A DNA stretch of 63,493 bases, filler included, from Choristocarpus tenellus KU-1152 (taxonomy: Eukaryota; Protista; Phaeophyceae), in the NCBI GenBank assembly GCA_964200185.2. It is 12 parts of 12 records of this genome, joined end to end, with 100 filler letters (N's around TTAATTAATTAA, not from the genome) between each part and the next. Parts side by side here need not be neighbours in the genome. Positions count along the whole stretch, not along the records: positions 32,935 to 42,500 come from CAXNAD020003572.1; positions 42,601 to 45,254 come from CAXNAD020025923.1; positions 45,355 to 52,244 come from CAXNAD020007136.1; 9 more parts are not named here. One strand, given 5' to 3'. The notes under the pieces were generated by a model that saw only the letters and a list, made by a program, of their open reading frames with translations, had not been told where the DNA came from and did no database searches. Shown piece by piece: positions 35,832 through 47,805 of this stretch. A program made the position numbers and the translations under genes. Positions within the stretch are counted from its first letter, which is position 1. Each line of letters opens with the position of its first letter.

Positions 35832-38800
35832 GTAGTGTTGTGAATCATGACAGTTCAGGCAGCTTCAGATGGATTAACTGGAATAACTGATGATATGTTG
35901 TGGGGGTGAAGTACATATTTTTAATTAATGTATTGATTCTGTTGGTTTTGTCAAGTGACAAGGAAGACCAAGAAAAGGCCTAGAGTGCATTCTGTGAAAT
36001 ACCTCATGTATATGATCTCACGTTTGAGATCTCATGTGAATGTATGCATGTTTTGTAATGTTGGCAGGAACCCTTGTCACTGGATGAGAGTGATGGACAG
36101 ATGGATTCAACTGAGCAAGTGGATGGGGTGATGTCTGTGGGATCACTAAGTACACGAAGGATGCAAAGAAATGCTGATGTGTACACAGTTCACATTGGAC
36201 CTGAGCATAGCAATGTAAGCATCATAACTACCCTCCTGGGCCTGTCATTGCATCATTATCATTATCATTATCATTATCATTGTTGCACTGTTGCACTGTT
36301 GCACTGTTGCACTGTTGCATTGTTGCATTGTTTCAGGGATGTGTTGAAATTGAGGTACATCATTGTATAGAAATGGGTTGATTCATAACATATTGATGGG
36401 GTTGTGAAGTGGAGAAGGAAAGGGAAGGGGATCAGGTGTGCTGTTTGTGTTGTTTTACCTGCCCTTTTCACATGTAATCTGTCCTATTTCTTGCAATATC
36501 TATCTTATTTCTCGCAATATCTATCCTATTTTGGCGAGTTGTTTGTGCAGCTTCAGATGACACAGAAAATAATAAAAGTTGACTCTAATCCTATTACCGC
36601 TATTGTCTATCCTATCTCCGTTCCATTTTTTATTTATAATTTAACTAACAAAGAGATTATTTCTTTTGTTCATCTTTGTTTAAAGACCCTCTTCCAAGGG
36701 GGATTGAACAGTATCAGTCCTCAACAAATAGAAAGAAGAGAAATGCCCCCCTCTGGTTCACTAGATTATACAACCATTTTATTTATGACTGATTTGTGAC
36801 TGATTTGTGAATTGGGACAGTAGACATTCTTGAGATTGGGATTGGTGGATGTATTATTATAGCACATTATTATTAACATAGCACATTATTATTATTATAG
36901 CACATTATTATTAATATAGCACATTATTATTAATATAGCACATTATTATTATTATAGCACATTATTATTAATATAGCACATTATTATTATTATAGTACAT
37001 TATTATTAATTATATATCACATTATTATTATAGCACATTATTATTATTATAGCACATTATTATTAATATAGCACATTATTATTATTATAGCACATTATTA
37101 TTAATATAGCACATTATTATTAATATAGCACATTATTATTATTATAGCACATTACCCTGTCACACCATCACAGGGGATGAAAATCAGGCCTGGACTTGTC
37201 TATTATGTGCAGTGCAGAGGTATTGTCTGTTATGTGGAATTGAGAAGGGCTATTCTTTTTTATATTTTTGTGGGGGTGTAGGTATGACTGGTTCAAATCC
37301 TGATTTTTGATTTGATGTAAGGGAGGAAGCAGCTCTTGAGGAATCATACGGTTGTAATGTATGACCTGTCATTAAAAGAAAAATCAGATTTTGGTTCTTT
37401 CTGACAGCCTAGAAATTGAGTAATTTAGTAATTTAGTGACATATCGTTTAAAAAATTCATATTGTTGCTCATAGAATACCTTTCAAGAGACAGTCTGAAT
37501 GGTTAATTTGTGTAGCAGCGTGTCTTACAGGTGATAAGGGTAATGCAAGACACCATAACTTTAGTACTTGTTGAGATTGGGTTGGGTGCACCATTTACCA
37601 CTAAACGTGACACAATAAGAAAGGTGAAGGACAATCCCCCTCACACTAGTCACTGGCGCTGTTGGAGACTACTTTTAGCTGTGTGAGGAGATTGACAATG
37701 TTTGACTATGGACTTCCTGAAGGATATGGGGAGGAGTTAGTTCTTGGGGTGTACGGACTTGTTTTGCATCAAATTTCTAATGGATCTTGATGACAAAATA
37801 TATTCAAACGTATCCTATCTTCCCAGATAGCCTTCATTGGCACAGGGTGTGGAATACCAGGCTGGTCAGTTCATGGTTGGTTATTCTAGCAAACCAGAGG
37901 GAGTAACTCTTGCACAAACTGGGACTGACCTCTGCCAGAAGGTTGTCATTCTAATGGAAGCATCTCATTGAAATAGTCATGCATCCATTTTTCATTTTTT
38001 ATTTTTCATATCGATTATGATTATTCAACTTTTTTTCAAGCAAAATTGGTATTGTTATTTGTAGTATTGATAAAATTAATTTAAATCAATACTATCATCA
38101 ATACTATTATAAGTGCGTTAGTGTGTTCTGAAATGTGTCACGTTGGACTGGAGAATTTTGATTTAACTATTTATTATTGTTATGCAAACCATACCCCCCA
38201 AAATATGGGATAACTTGACCCTTTGTTGGAAAGGGTCCTGTCCTTAGTAGGCCTGTTTGTGGTGTGTAATTGGGTATGGAGAGTAGTTACTCTAATGCTA
38301 TCAATGACGTTAATAATAGAGGAGTGTTGCTTGTGGAGTATCCACTATACATAGTCTAGTTGGAGGTAGCTTTTTGGGTGCACTTGTTTGTGAAAAAGAG
38401 AGGGCTGTCAATTATACTGTGGTGAGGGTGACACATGTGATTGGATTGGTTGGGTGTCTTGAATATGTACTTTGAGAAACTATGGTGGATGAGGTGTGTC
38501 TCCTGAGAGCACTGAGCTTGAAAAGTGTTGGAGTTTGTGGATGCCTGAAAAGGTGGCGCTATTATATATCTTACTAACATTAGGTGCTATGTACATTAAC
38601 CTTGTAGTAGACTGTGGAGCTGTGATTGATGCTTGGTGCTTGGGTACTTGCTCTTTCAACGGGCCTTGTCTCCTAAGGTTGGAAATTTTCTGTAGTAACA
38701 GTAGTAGTAGTAGTAATAGTAGAAAGGTTGATAATTAGAAACGGATTAATTAATTGTAAGGGTTATTGTATCATGCTGACTGTTTAAGTTCAATGTAGGA

Positions 38801-40049
38801 GATGTTTCTGAACTTGGAGATAAGAACAGAAATAGAAATAGGAACCGACAGATGTGACTGGCTCTATTTACACTATTATCAAAATAGGACGAAAAAGTAA
38901 AAATACAACTTGGATTCTCCTCTACTTCCAATACAATGGTGTTGATGCAATAGTGTTTTATATCATTTTTGTTTTTATTTCTCTTTATTGTTGTTTTACC
39001 TCATGTCCTTACTAGCACCAGCTCAAATTTGAGTTGCAGTGATTTAGATTGTCTGAAATATTCAGTTGATTATATTATCAAATCAAAGTTAACTGGTAGG
39101 TTTTAATCATCTTAGGTCCATATCACCCTCGAGGGGTGTGTGTGTGTGTTCAGGCCTATTGAACCATTCCAGGCTTGATGAGGTGTTGTTAGATACCCAG
39201 TTTGATACACATTCACTCAGATGGCATCAAATCAGTACAGGGCTACACAGGCCCTGAATGGACTCTTGACCCCCTCTCTAGGATACTATAGGTCCTAAAG
39301 ATGCTGTATCCTCATATCAACAATTAAAAAAACAAATGGTACCCGGTCATCATGTACCATAGTGTTGTAGCTCCAGCCACATTCTGCTGCCTTAACTCTC
39401 TCAGGAAAAACTCTGACAATCAATCTGCTTGACGAACAAGACCATGTTTGTGTAGGTGCTCCTGGCATTATCATCGCTTCTACAGAGCTCTATTCTTGAG
39501 GAGTGATTCTGTGCTGTGTTTGACTTTACCCATATTTAATGTTTTCAAATTTGAATGAACAAAGAGTATTTTTGTTTAATAAAATATTCTTCCCAGACAA
39601 ACATCAAGTCCTTTTACCACCCTCTCCCTTAGTGTTATCAAAATGATTGTTGAACATACATGCATGCAATACATGCATGCAATACATGAATGCAATACAT
39701 GAATGGAATACATAAATGCGATACATGAATGCAATACATGAATGCAATACATGAATGCAATACATGAATGCGATACATGAATGCCATACATGAATGTGAT
39801 ACATGAATGTTATGCGTGCATTAATTTGTTCTGTTTTGTTTTCAGGCGGACTATGCTATGGATAATCTTGTTAGCCTGAGGACTCTCCTCCGGAGGTTTG
39901 AGGAGATTGGCAGGGCTGATCGCCAAGGGGGGGGGGAGTCAACACAGCCCCAAGGAAAGCAGCCAAGGGAAAAACCTATTCCATCTGATGAAGGCACAGG
40001 GGAGGATCAAGTTTTGAAGGACAGGAGTGTGGATGGTGTTAGTCCATGA
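34550..40049 (+). CDS. TPS: Trehalose-6-phosphate synthase/phosphatase, C-terminal TPP (HAD) domain, 3' five exons
   Basis: Exons 34550-34644, 35034-35175, 35545-35751, 36068-36214, 39846-40049 (stop). WKDVVRPIMQYFTERTPGTYIENKESSLTWHYRDADPHFGLWQAKD, LEVRHQAANK, DFILCVGDDRSDEDMF and YTVHIGPEHSNADYAMD match the TPP domain. Intron 35176-35544 is GC-AG. Confidence 0.94.
36853..37155. repeat. Intronic AT-rich minisatellite, ~19-21-bp unit tagcac(att)n
   Basis: About 15 units directly visible. Confidence 0.9.
39655..39808. repeat. Intronic minisatellite, ~13-bp unit atacatgaatgca
   Basis: About 11 units just upstream of the last TPS exon acceptor. Confidence 0.9.
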
Positions 40050-42061
40050 GTTAGGCGATGAGGCGGTATACAAGTGTCACAGATTGGAAAGGTTTGTTTG
40101 GAGCCACTCCCCTGTAAGAAAACAGAACATATCCCCTGCCCATAGCCAATATGTGTCTGTGTGTTGGTGTATTGACACAGACCACCCTTTTGTGTATCTA
40201 GGCATTGGCTTTTGTATGGCTTCTATGCTCTTCGTTTCCATGGGTAAGACTCTTCTTCATGGGAGAAATTCCACACATTGAAAGGGCTAAGATTTGTACT
40301 TCTACTGTTGACTGAGGACAGGTGGTGTTCCTTGGTGTGATGTTGTGAGAAATGAATGCCGGAACCACAGGGAGGACAGTTACACCTTGTTGCAGCAATC
40401 ATTCATCAGCCACCTCGGGGGAGATAGGAAGTAGTTGCTGTCATTGCGTGGGGGTCCCTGGAGACTGCGAAGGCGGTTGTGACTGTGGCAATGATGTGGT
40501 TGTGTGTTGTGTACGATGTTGAGTGTGTTTGGGTGACTCTCAAGTGTGTTTTGTGTGTTTTGGTTGTTGCTGTTCGTCACTGCTGCAGAGAGTGTGGTAC
40601 CAATGGAATCTCTGGGAGAATGAAGTGTTGATTAACAACATAGTGTTGATTAAGAACATAGTGTCTGTGTGTGATGTATGTGTTGTATGTTATTTGGCGT
40701 TTGTGTTTCCCGCACTTTGATTTTGTTTTGTTTTGTTTTGTTTTATTTTTTTTTGTCTTGACTTGTCTCATCTTCGCTGGTCTCATCTCATCTATCTGAG
40801 GGTGTGTAAGCAGCATGTATGGGTATTAGTGTTGAGTCTGTGTGACAGAGAGAGGTACAAGACAGGAGGTGGGCCAGTTTTCGAGTCAATTGACAGAGGT
40901 TGAAAGGAGGGCTTGGTGTAAAACTATCAATGAGGTTAGCGATTGCTATCAATGAGGTTACCGATTGATTGGTCGTTTGTTGATCCCCTGTGTGGTGAGC
41001 CACTCTATGCTGGTGCAACAAAAGCTGATATCACTGGTCCTTTTCGCTCTTTTTTTTTAAATAGGTTACTATTGACTGTTGTTGATGGATTTATGTGTTG
41101 CATTATGTTTTTGCTCAATGCTGCCTGAAGTAGGAAATCAATTCTTTTTGAGCATGTCATTTGCGCATTTTCTTCTTTACAATTTTGTACCTGAACCACA
41201 CCACTCCATTCATGGTGAGCTGTTCCTACATGCTCACTCTGTGTGATTGTCCTCAGCCAATTGTGGTGTTTGGTTGGTGTTACAATTCTTAGTAGTTAGT
41301 CAGTTCTCTTTGTTGAGTTGTGCCAAGGCTGCTATTTCCCTAGACTACTACAACAACAGGATATTCTTATTATTGATAGTTGTGTTGGATATTAACAATG
41401 AATGACGATCTGAACAATACCACATCACTTAAGTCTCGACTTTTGAGAATTGTTGCTGGTGTTGTGTGTTCGATTTTCTCTTTTTTTGTGTATACTTGTT
41501 CACTCCATACTATCTAATATTGAAAGTTTACTGTGCCTTGCCTAGACAAAACATTCCTCCTGTATCTGAAATGGTTGAGCTCTATCATATTTGTAGATGG
41601 CGGAGTTCCCACTTAACGGTTTGCTGTTTTGTTTGTCCTCATTTTGTAAATATTTTGATATTTTTTTATTATAACAATGTGGCTAATCTCTGTAAATGTA
41701 AACCGAACTTTTCCGGACCAGAAGTTAATTAAATTTCTCTTACTAGAATTTGAAGGGTATTCAAGTGCCTGAGTGAAGTGCAATTAGAAGGCCGTTTATT
41801 AATTGTTTAATTGTTGCTAGGGGTTTGTGTTGCTTGAAGAGGAAAAGAGTCAGCCAAAGTTACACTCATCACCCGCTCATCATGGTACTAATAACTAATA
41901 TTATGCTTCTTCTGTATCATGATTTGTGCATCCAACTTGGTAATGACTAATAATAGAAATTATAGTGGGAAGTGTGGTACTGCAAATGACTGCAAATATA
42001 ACTCACGGCAAGGACTATGATGTGTACTATATTTACGTATCAATCATGGCGAGATCTACTG

Positions 42062-42137
42062 AACAGCCTCTCGGCAAAATTGAGGATGGAGCATTTCATG
42101 GAGGATGAGTTTGACCCAAAATGGTGCGCGGAAAGTG
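42062..42137. mobile_element. Diverged MITE family A end, reverse orientation
   Basis: The reverse complement cattttgggtcaaactcatcctccatgaaatgctccatcctcaattttgccgagaggctgtt aligns to 23284-23354. Confidence 0.7.
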
Positions 42138-42480
42138 CCCTCCTTAATTTTTTTTTGTATATGTTGCGGCACTTTTTAAGGGCCCCTTTTTGAATGGGAT
42201 ATATTATTGTTGAAAAAGATTTCGGTGCTTGTTGTGGAGGGCACCGCTACGATTCGGAAGGGACCTCGACCAAGCCAAAGGTGTAAGGACACGGGCCCCC
42301 CTGGGGGAGCCGGTAACGGTTTTGGTATGCTTATATTATGTATGGTACACTACGTATTTTATTATATATAATAATACAATACATACGTCTTCTTCCACTA
42401 GTTACAAATATTTATGAAAGGGTGACGTGGTTTGTAAAAGAAAGGGATAGATAGGTCACATCCACCAAAAAACCAACCAA

Positions 42481-42500
42481 GAGCCAAAGTATCTTAGAGG
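42481..42500. mobile_element. MITE family B2 TIR at contig end
   Basis: gagccaaagtatcttagagg is identical to 32226-32245. Confidence 0.75.
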
Positions 42501-42649
42501 NNNNNNNNNNNNNNNNNNNNNNNNNNNNNNNNNNNNNNNNNNNNTTAATTAATTAANNNNNNNNNNNNNNNNNNNNNNNNNNNNNNNNNNNNNNNNNNNN
42601 CGTTCCCAACAAGTTTCTCGCAAGTCGAAACAATACCCGCCACGGGTTC

Positions 42650-44933
42650 CTAGCTTACGTCTGTAACCCGCTTCTGTTTCCCAGTTCGCCCGGATCTATC
42701 ACCAGCGTGTATGTTGTCTTCGACAAAACTAATCTTCCCGTACTTATCAAGGGTTATAAATGCGGCGTTGTCACGTGTGTGGTCACTGGCCGGGCGAAGC
42801 CAGTGAAGATCCACCCCACGCTCCCCGTCCTCGCCGACGCGCTCCGCTAGGATCTTGCCGACCAACAGCGGCGCCTCCATTGCCACAAAAAAGGCAAACC
42901 ATCCTTCCTGCACGAAGACGAGGTTTCCATCGTTCGCCAATCTCAAGGTAGCACGAGGCTAACCCCATCGACGGAAGCCAGCTTCTTCCGTGTCACTGTC
43001 CGATGAGGAAGAGTCTGTTTCCTCGAGCCCGCCGAGATCATTGTCACCGCTGACGAGATTATCTCCTCCACCCAAACGTTCGCCCTCGTCGGTGTCTTCG
43101 ACGTCACTGGTACCAGTTCCAGCGCCATCGTCATCGGTGGGAAGCCAATGGACTGGGAGGTCGAACTCTCGTTCCCCTGTCTTTCCGAGAAGCCACACAG
43201 ACTCGCTTTGCTCATGTTTTGCTCTCTGAACAGCTTCATCATCTGCGAAGGTGGAATCCATTGTCACGAGAACATCAACGGTATGGAAGCATGAATGTTA
43301 CTTTGTAACCAGGCGTGAGGTTGTACGAATGCGCTCGGGGAGCATGCAGTGAGAGGGAGGGTGTAGATTTCGTCGGATTCGTCGCTGTTGACTACAAGAC
43401 CGGTACCTTCAAAAACATTATCGGGGGTAATCTATAGTACTTTTTATTGTGACATGCAACGATCACTACGCATGAGAATGGAATATTTTTCAAGAATGTT
43501 TTTGTAAGGGCTGTAAAGGCTGCCTCGTACAGAAGTTGCACCAGATTTTTTTGGCTGCCACCGAATACAAAAATTGGCCATCAACTCCCCTCACGAAAAA
43601 ATCGACTTACCCAGTGGGTACGCAGCAGCGAGGCGCTCATGCGACGCCTGGTACCGCTGCTCCACCTTCAGGATGACGTCTTCGGGAACGCTCTTGAGCT
43701 GGTAGGGTGGTGCATCTTGGATACAAGGTGGGTGGCTGATGAAGAGGTCGTGCGGAGGGGCGTTGGGGTCGATAGCAACGTCTCCGCCTATCCCACTCCA
43801 TGCGGTGCTGTGCATGTATTGCTTTACGCTAACCTTAACCTGCCCATCACCGCCTTTCTCAACGCGATAAGCCCTGTAGCTCGTGATATTGGGAACACGG
43901 TTGACGCGACCGCGAAGGAGTCCCTAAATGTTGCCCTCGTTCCGTGGGGTCTTCGAATAGACTGGAACCTCCGTGTAAGAGGCCTGCAGCTCTTCACCCA
44001 GCTGTGTTCTTGTGAATATGTTCTTCCCTTTTATACCACGTGAGAACCTGAAGGTGAAATGCAAGCAAGTTAATATTGAGGCGGGGACGAAAGAAACGAA
44101 GTGGAGAAGCAAGATATATATGCAGGCACATGCTCTGATGCATGTATATGGAAGTGTAAATATAAAAAGGGGTGATGCGTACATTTTTATTGTTTTGTTT
44201 CGAGAGTAGGTTACAAAACAGTTTTGGCAGCTGCTGTTATCGTGCAATTTTGTTGTGGGGAAATCAAAAGTCAATCAAACAATTGCAGTGTATGACCATA
44301 AACCTTCCAGAGACGCAACAAGCGTGAACTGCAAGCCTCAAGGCAGTATCTGTCCGTGTAAAAACACCATGTGACTATCGCACTTATATATCTTGCCTAA
44401 TTACCTGGAGAAGATCTGATCGATTTTGATGTGCGTGCGCCCCACCATCATAAAACGTATCTCGACCACACGAATGACACTCGCCGCGACCAACAGCCCC
44501 GCATATCCGAGAAAGAAATTGTTCTTGTTCTCTGAGACGCAGTTGTCGACCTGGCCAGTTTGGGGAGTTGGGAACGAGGGAGGGATAGGCATGAGGCTGA
44601 TATGTCAGCCCATTTCACCACGTTTCGTGGAGGAACAGGGCATGTTTCAAGTAGTGCTAGAGCGCAAGCTCTACGTCACCGCCATCATATATGCAGGTTG
44701 CAACACACAAACCAAAATTAAAGACCATGCAGTTAGTTACTTGGTGACCGGTATTCGGTGAGTATGTGTTGAGTAGGTCGTGTCAAGATTAGACGTTCTT
44801 ACCTGCCAATGCGCGTGCTGGATGATGCAACCCCCTGCGTGATCGAGGTTGTTGTGGTACTTGTCGATAAGCCTTGTGAGGGCAAGGTGGGTGGCTGTGC
44901 AGACAAGGTTACAACCTGTGCGAATGATGATGT
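42650..44933 (-). mobile_element. Intron-containing Sola-like DDD transposase, inactivated (in-frame stop, probable frameshift)
   Basis: Exons 44933-44803, 44550-44405, 44047-43611 splice in frame to GCNLVCTATHLALTRL...HAHWQ|VDNCVSENKNNFFLGYAGLLVAASVIRVVEIRFMMVGRTHIKIDQIFSR|FSRGIK...GNI*GLLRGRVNRVPNITSYRAYRV. This fits the DNCxxENKN...FxxVGHTHxxIDQxFS signature. TAG at 43926-43924. Acidic segment at 43267-42959 and a C-terminal ORF at 42946-42650 in another frame. Element ends are not on this contig. Confidence 0.8.
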
Positions 44934-46258
44934 CTGTCGTTAGTTGGCAAATAGTACTTTGCTTACTTACGCATTGTTTAGTTGGAGCTAAAAAGAGGGG
45001 TAATGGAATGTGTTTTTGCAATGTAGAGCACATACACCCGACTGGCCGATATACATGTCTGTGGGTTTTCCTCCTCCTTGATTAGCTCTTACACTCCTCT
45101 CGCCCTTCCAAAGCTGAGGCGTACGAGGGCAGGGGAGCACAGCGCATCAGCAGTTAATCGACTGTTCACCAGGCCTGCAGTATCTGTAGGCAAATCGTGT
45201 AAGGATGTAGTCGTCCTCGGGTATCTAACCTACGGCGGGTCCACTCACCATGACNNNNNNNNNNNNNNNNNNNNNNNNNNNNNNNNNNNNNNNNNNNNTT
45301 AATTAATTAANNNNNNNNNNNNNNNNNNNNNNNNNNNNNNNNNNNNNNNNNNNNCGAGTTATTTACACACACAAGTCTTGGGAACACCAGTTTCTTTAAC
45401 AACAGAAGGCATTAGTGAGGTGAAATAGGATGGTAAGGCGTAGGTTGTAAAGATGACAATTAAGGCTCATACTACAAACAACCCACAAAGAGAAAAAAGC
45501 AGCCCTACAGAGCCAGTGCTGGCATGTACAGACAGAAGATTAGATAAATGGATGAATGGACGAAGAGGAATAAGTGGTTTATACAATACCAGTATAAAAA
45601 AAGGAGCCCTATAAAGCCTGTGCATACAACGTTTTCCTTTTTAGGATTTTTGATACGTGGAACAAGTATGCCGGAGTGTGATGGCTTAGAAGTCAAAATG
45701 GTCCAAAGCTACTGCTCAATTGATTTGGCCCAACTGTAACCGTCTCTAAAAACTTGACGATAAAAACACACGACTTTACCATGATATCCCAACCTTGTAG
45801 ACGCCTAAATATATTGAGGTACACCTTTTTCAAGGTATTTTTTCACAACCAAAAACACTTCGGTTATTTGAGAAAATTATTCATCGTGAAAGCCCATCAC
45901 AATTAACAAGTAGCTATAGAGAAGAGCACCCTACTCCAGGGCCTCACTAGAAATATGACCCCATACACCATTGATCGCTGTCCTGGACCCTTTGCCCTTC
46001 CCCCCCTCCACTAACCCACAAAAACTTCCCCATCCCTAGGCTTGGAGCTCTGGAGGCGATTTCTCGGATGAGCCATTGAGTTCTAATCACGCAGTTTTGA
46101 TCTTGGCTTAGGCGATAATTGTCCTCATTTTACACACAATGATCAAGCATGCAGCTAGATTGGGTATCCTGCCTCTTGTATGTGCAAATTTAGAAGTGTC
46201 AGATGTTATAAACCTTTAATCCACAGACTTCATTGTTGCCTACTCCTTCACATGCTTC

Positions 46259-46439
46259 GACTCAAAGTATCTGGGGGGGGGGAAAACAACACAAGGGTGT
46301 CCATTTGAGCCCTCTGAGCAGGAAAGGTGCACTTACATGATCCATCCGACATATGCAACCAAGTCACCCAAAAATTGCGACATGGAAAAATGGGCCCCAA
46401 ATGTACATCTGGGCACCCCGCCCCCAGATACTTTGAGGG
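46259..46439. mobile_element. MITE family B1, full length (~180 bp)
   Basis: Perfect 17-bp inverted repeat ctcaaagtatctggggg (46261-46277) / cccccagatactttgag (46421-46437). The interior matches 59876-60030 in reverse. Confidence 0.88.
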
Positions 46440-47805
46440 TTCACTCTCTGCTGCTTAGTCGTAAGCTTAACCTAGGTAACCTCAGCTCTTGGTCATTTTC
46501 ATCTCGCCCTTTACTTCTTTGCTGATGTCCCTTGGCATGTAGGAGCACATAACATCCAAGAGATGGGTGAACATCAAATTCACGATCAAAGTAATCACAA
46601 ACACCATCCTCAGAATACCTGTCCACACTGTTGACTCCTGGACTCACGAAAGTGTTCAATGACCACATTTATGTGGACCGCACATATCAGGGTAGATAAA
46701 TGTGGAAGTTGGATAATGGGGCCCTTAGAATTGAATTTTGATTATCTCAATTATATCAAATTGTTGCAATCTGATTTCTGAAATTCAGAAACTATCAATT
46801 GTAAAGAATTGATATATCAGGCGTTCTTGTAGTTAGTGGGGACACACACAAAGAGAATATCGTCCTCATTTTCTTGTTTGTCACCACTATGAGGCTGTGA
46901 TTGGCAGGTTGCGGTTATTGAAAAAGTCCTACCCAAATCGCCTTCCACGTGGAAGAATTAGATCATCACCAACCTTGCACACTCAATCGTCATACAAGAG
47001 TTCCTCGACCAGGTATGCATCAATTCTCACTTGATAGGTTTTCGGTTACCAAGCTTACATATGCCTTACTCTTCTAAATGGTGTATTCTACTTAGAAGTG
47101 CAAAACAACCAGGTCAACCGGGAACCCAGGTATCTAGTGATAACCAGATCACCATATTAATATGCGTTCACCCAGTGTAATTATTTTATGTTGTATATAC
47201 ATCTACCTACTGAAACGTTTTGGAGATGTCATCCCCCAACCAGTGCAAACTCCAACCCTAACCCAAACCGAAAATAGTATTAACATACAAAACAAACTAC
47301 AAGAATACACTATTCAAATGTACATTTCTATGGGGATCTGGTTTTATTTCCAAATCCTTTTGGGTCCTCGTTGACTTTCTTGTATTCAAAAAGCAGTATT
47401 ACACCCCAGTTTCACCATGGCATACTGCAGTTGCTGAAGACAGAAATTATTATCCAAACATGTACAATATGCAAGGACCAACATACAGACAAGGAGACAA
47501 GAAGACAATCCACCCTTACCATGCCTTGCTGTGGTGAGGATGGCGGTAGGAAGTGCCTGGGATACTCTTCCTTCAAAGCAGCTCCTCACACTCACATTAC
47601 AGACCATCTCATCCTCACTCTCATCTTACTTCTAAGGTGTGCCTACCTACGATAAATTCAACATTCACTATCTCAGAAAATGCCACACTTTACTCATTAC
47701 CCAAAGAGTTGATCGGAAGGAAGGGTAATAGAACAAAAGAGAGGGACATGGACAGTGCTCTATTGAAGCAGCAAGTGATGCAAAACTTCCTTGGATACTT
47801 GGACA

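Noticed and set aside
36853-37155. CRISPR-like periodic array
   Set aside because: No unique spacers, only variable (att)n. Eukaryotic intron, no cas genes.
43639-44761. Plus-strand ORFs 43639-44043 and 44426-44761
   Set aside because: Antisense shadows of the transposase exons.
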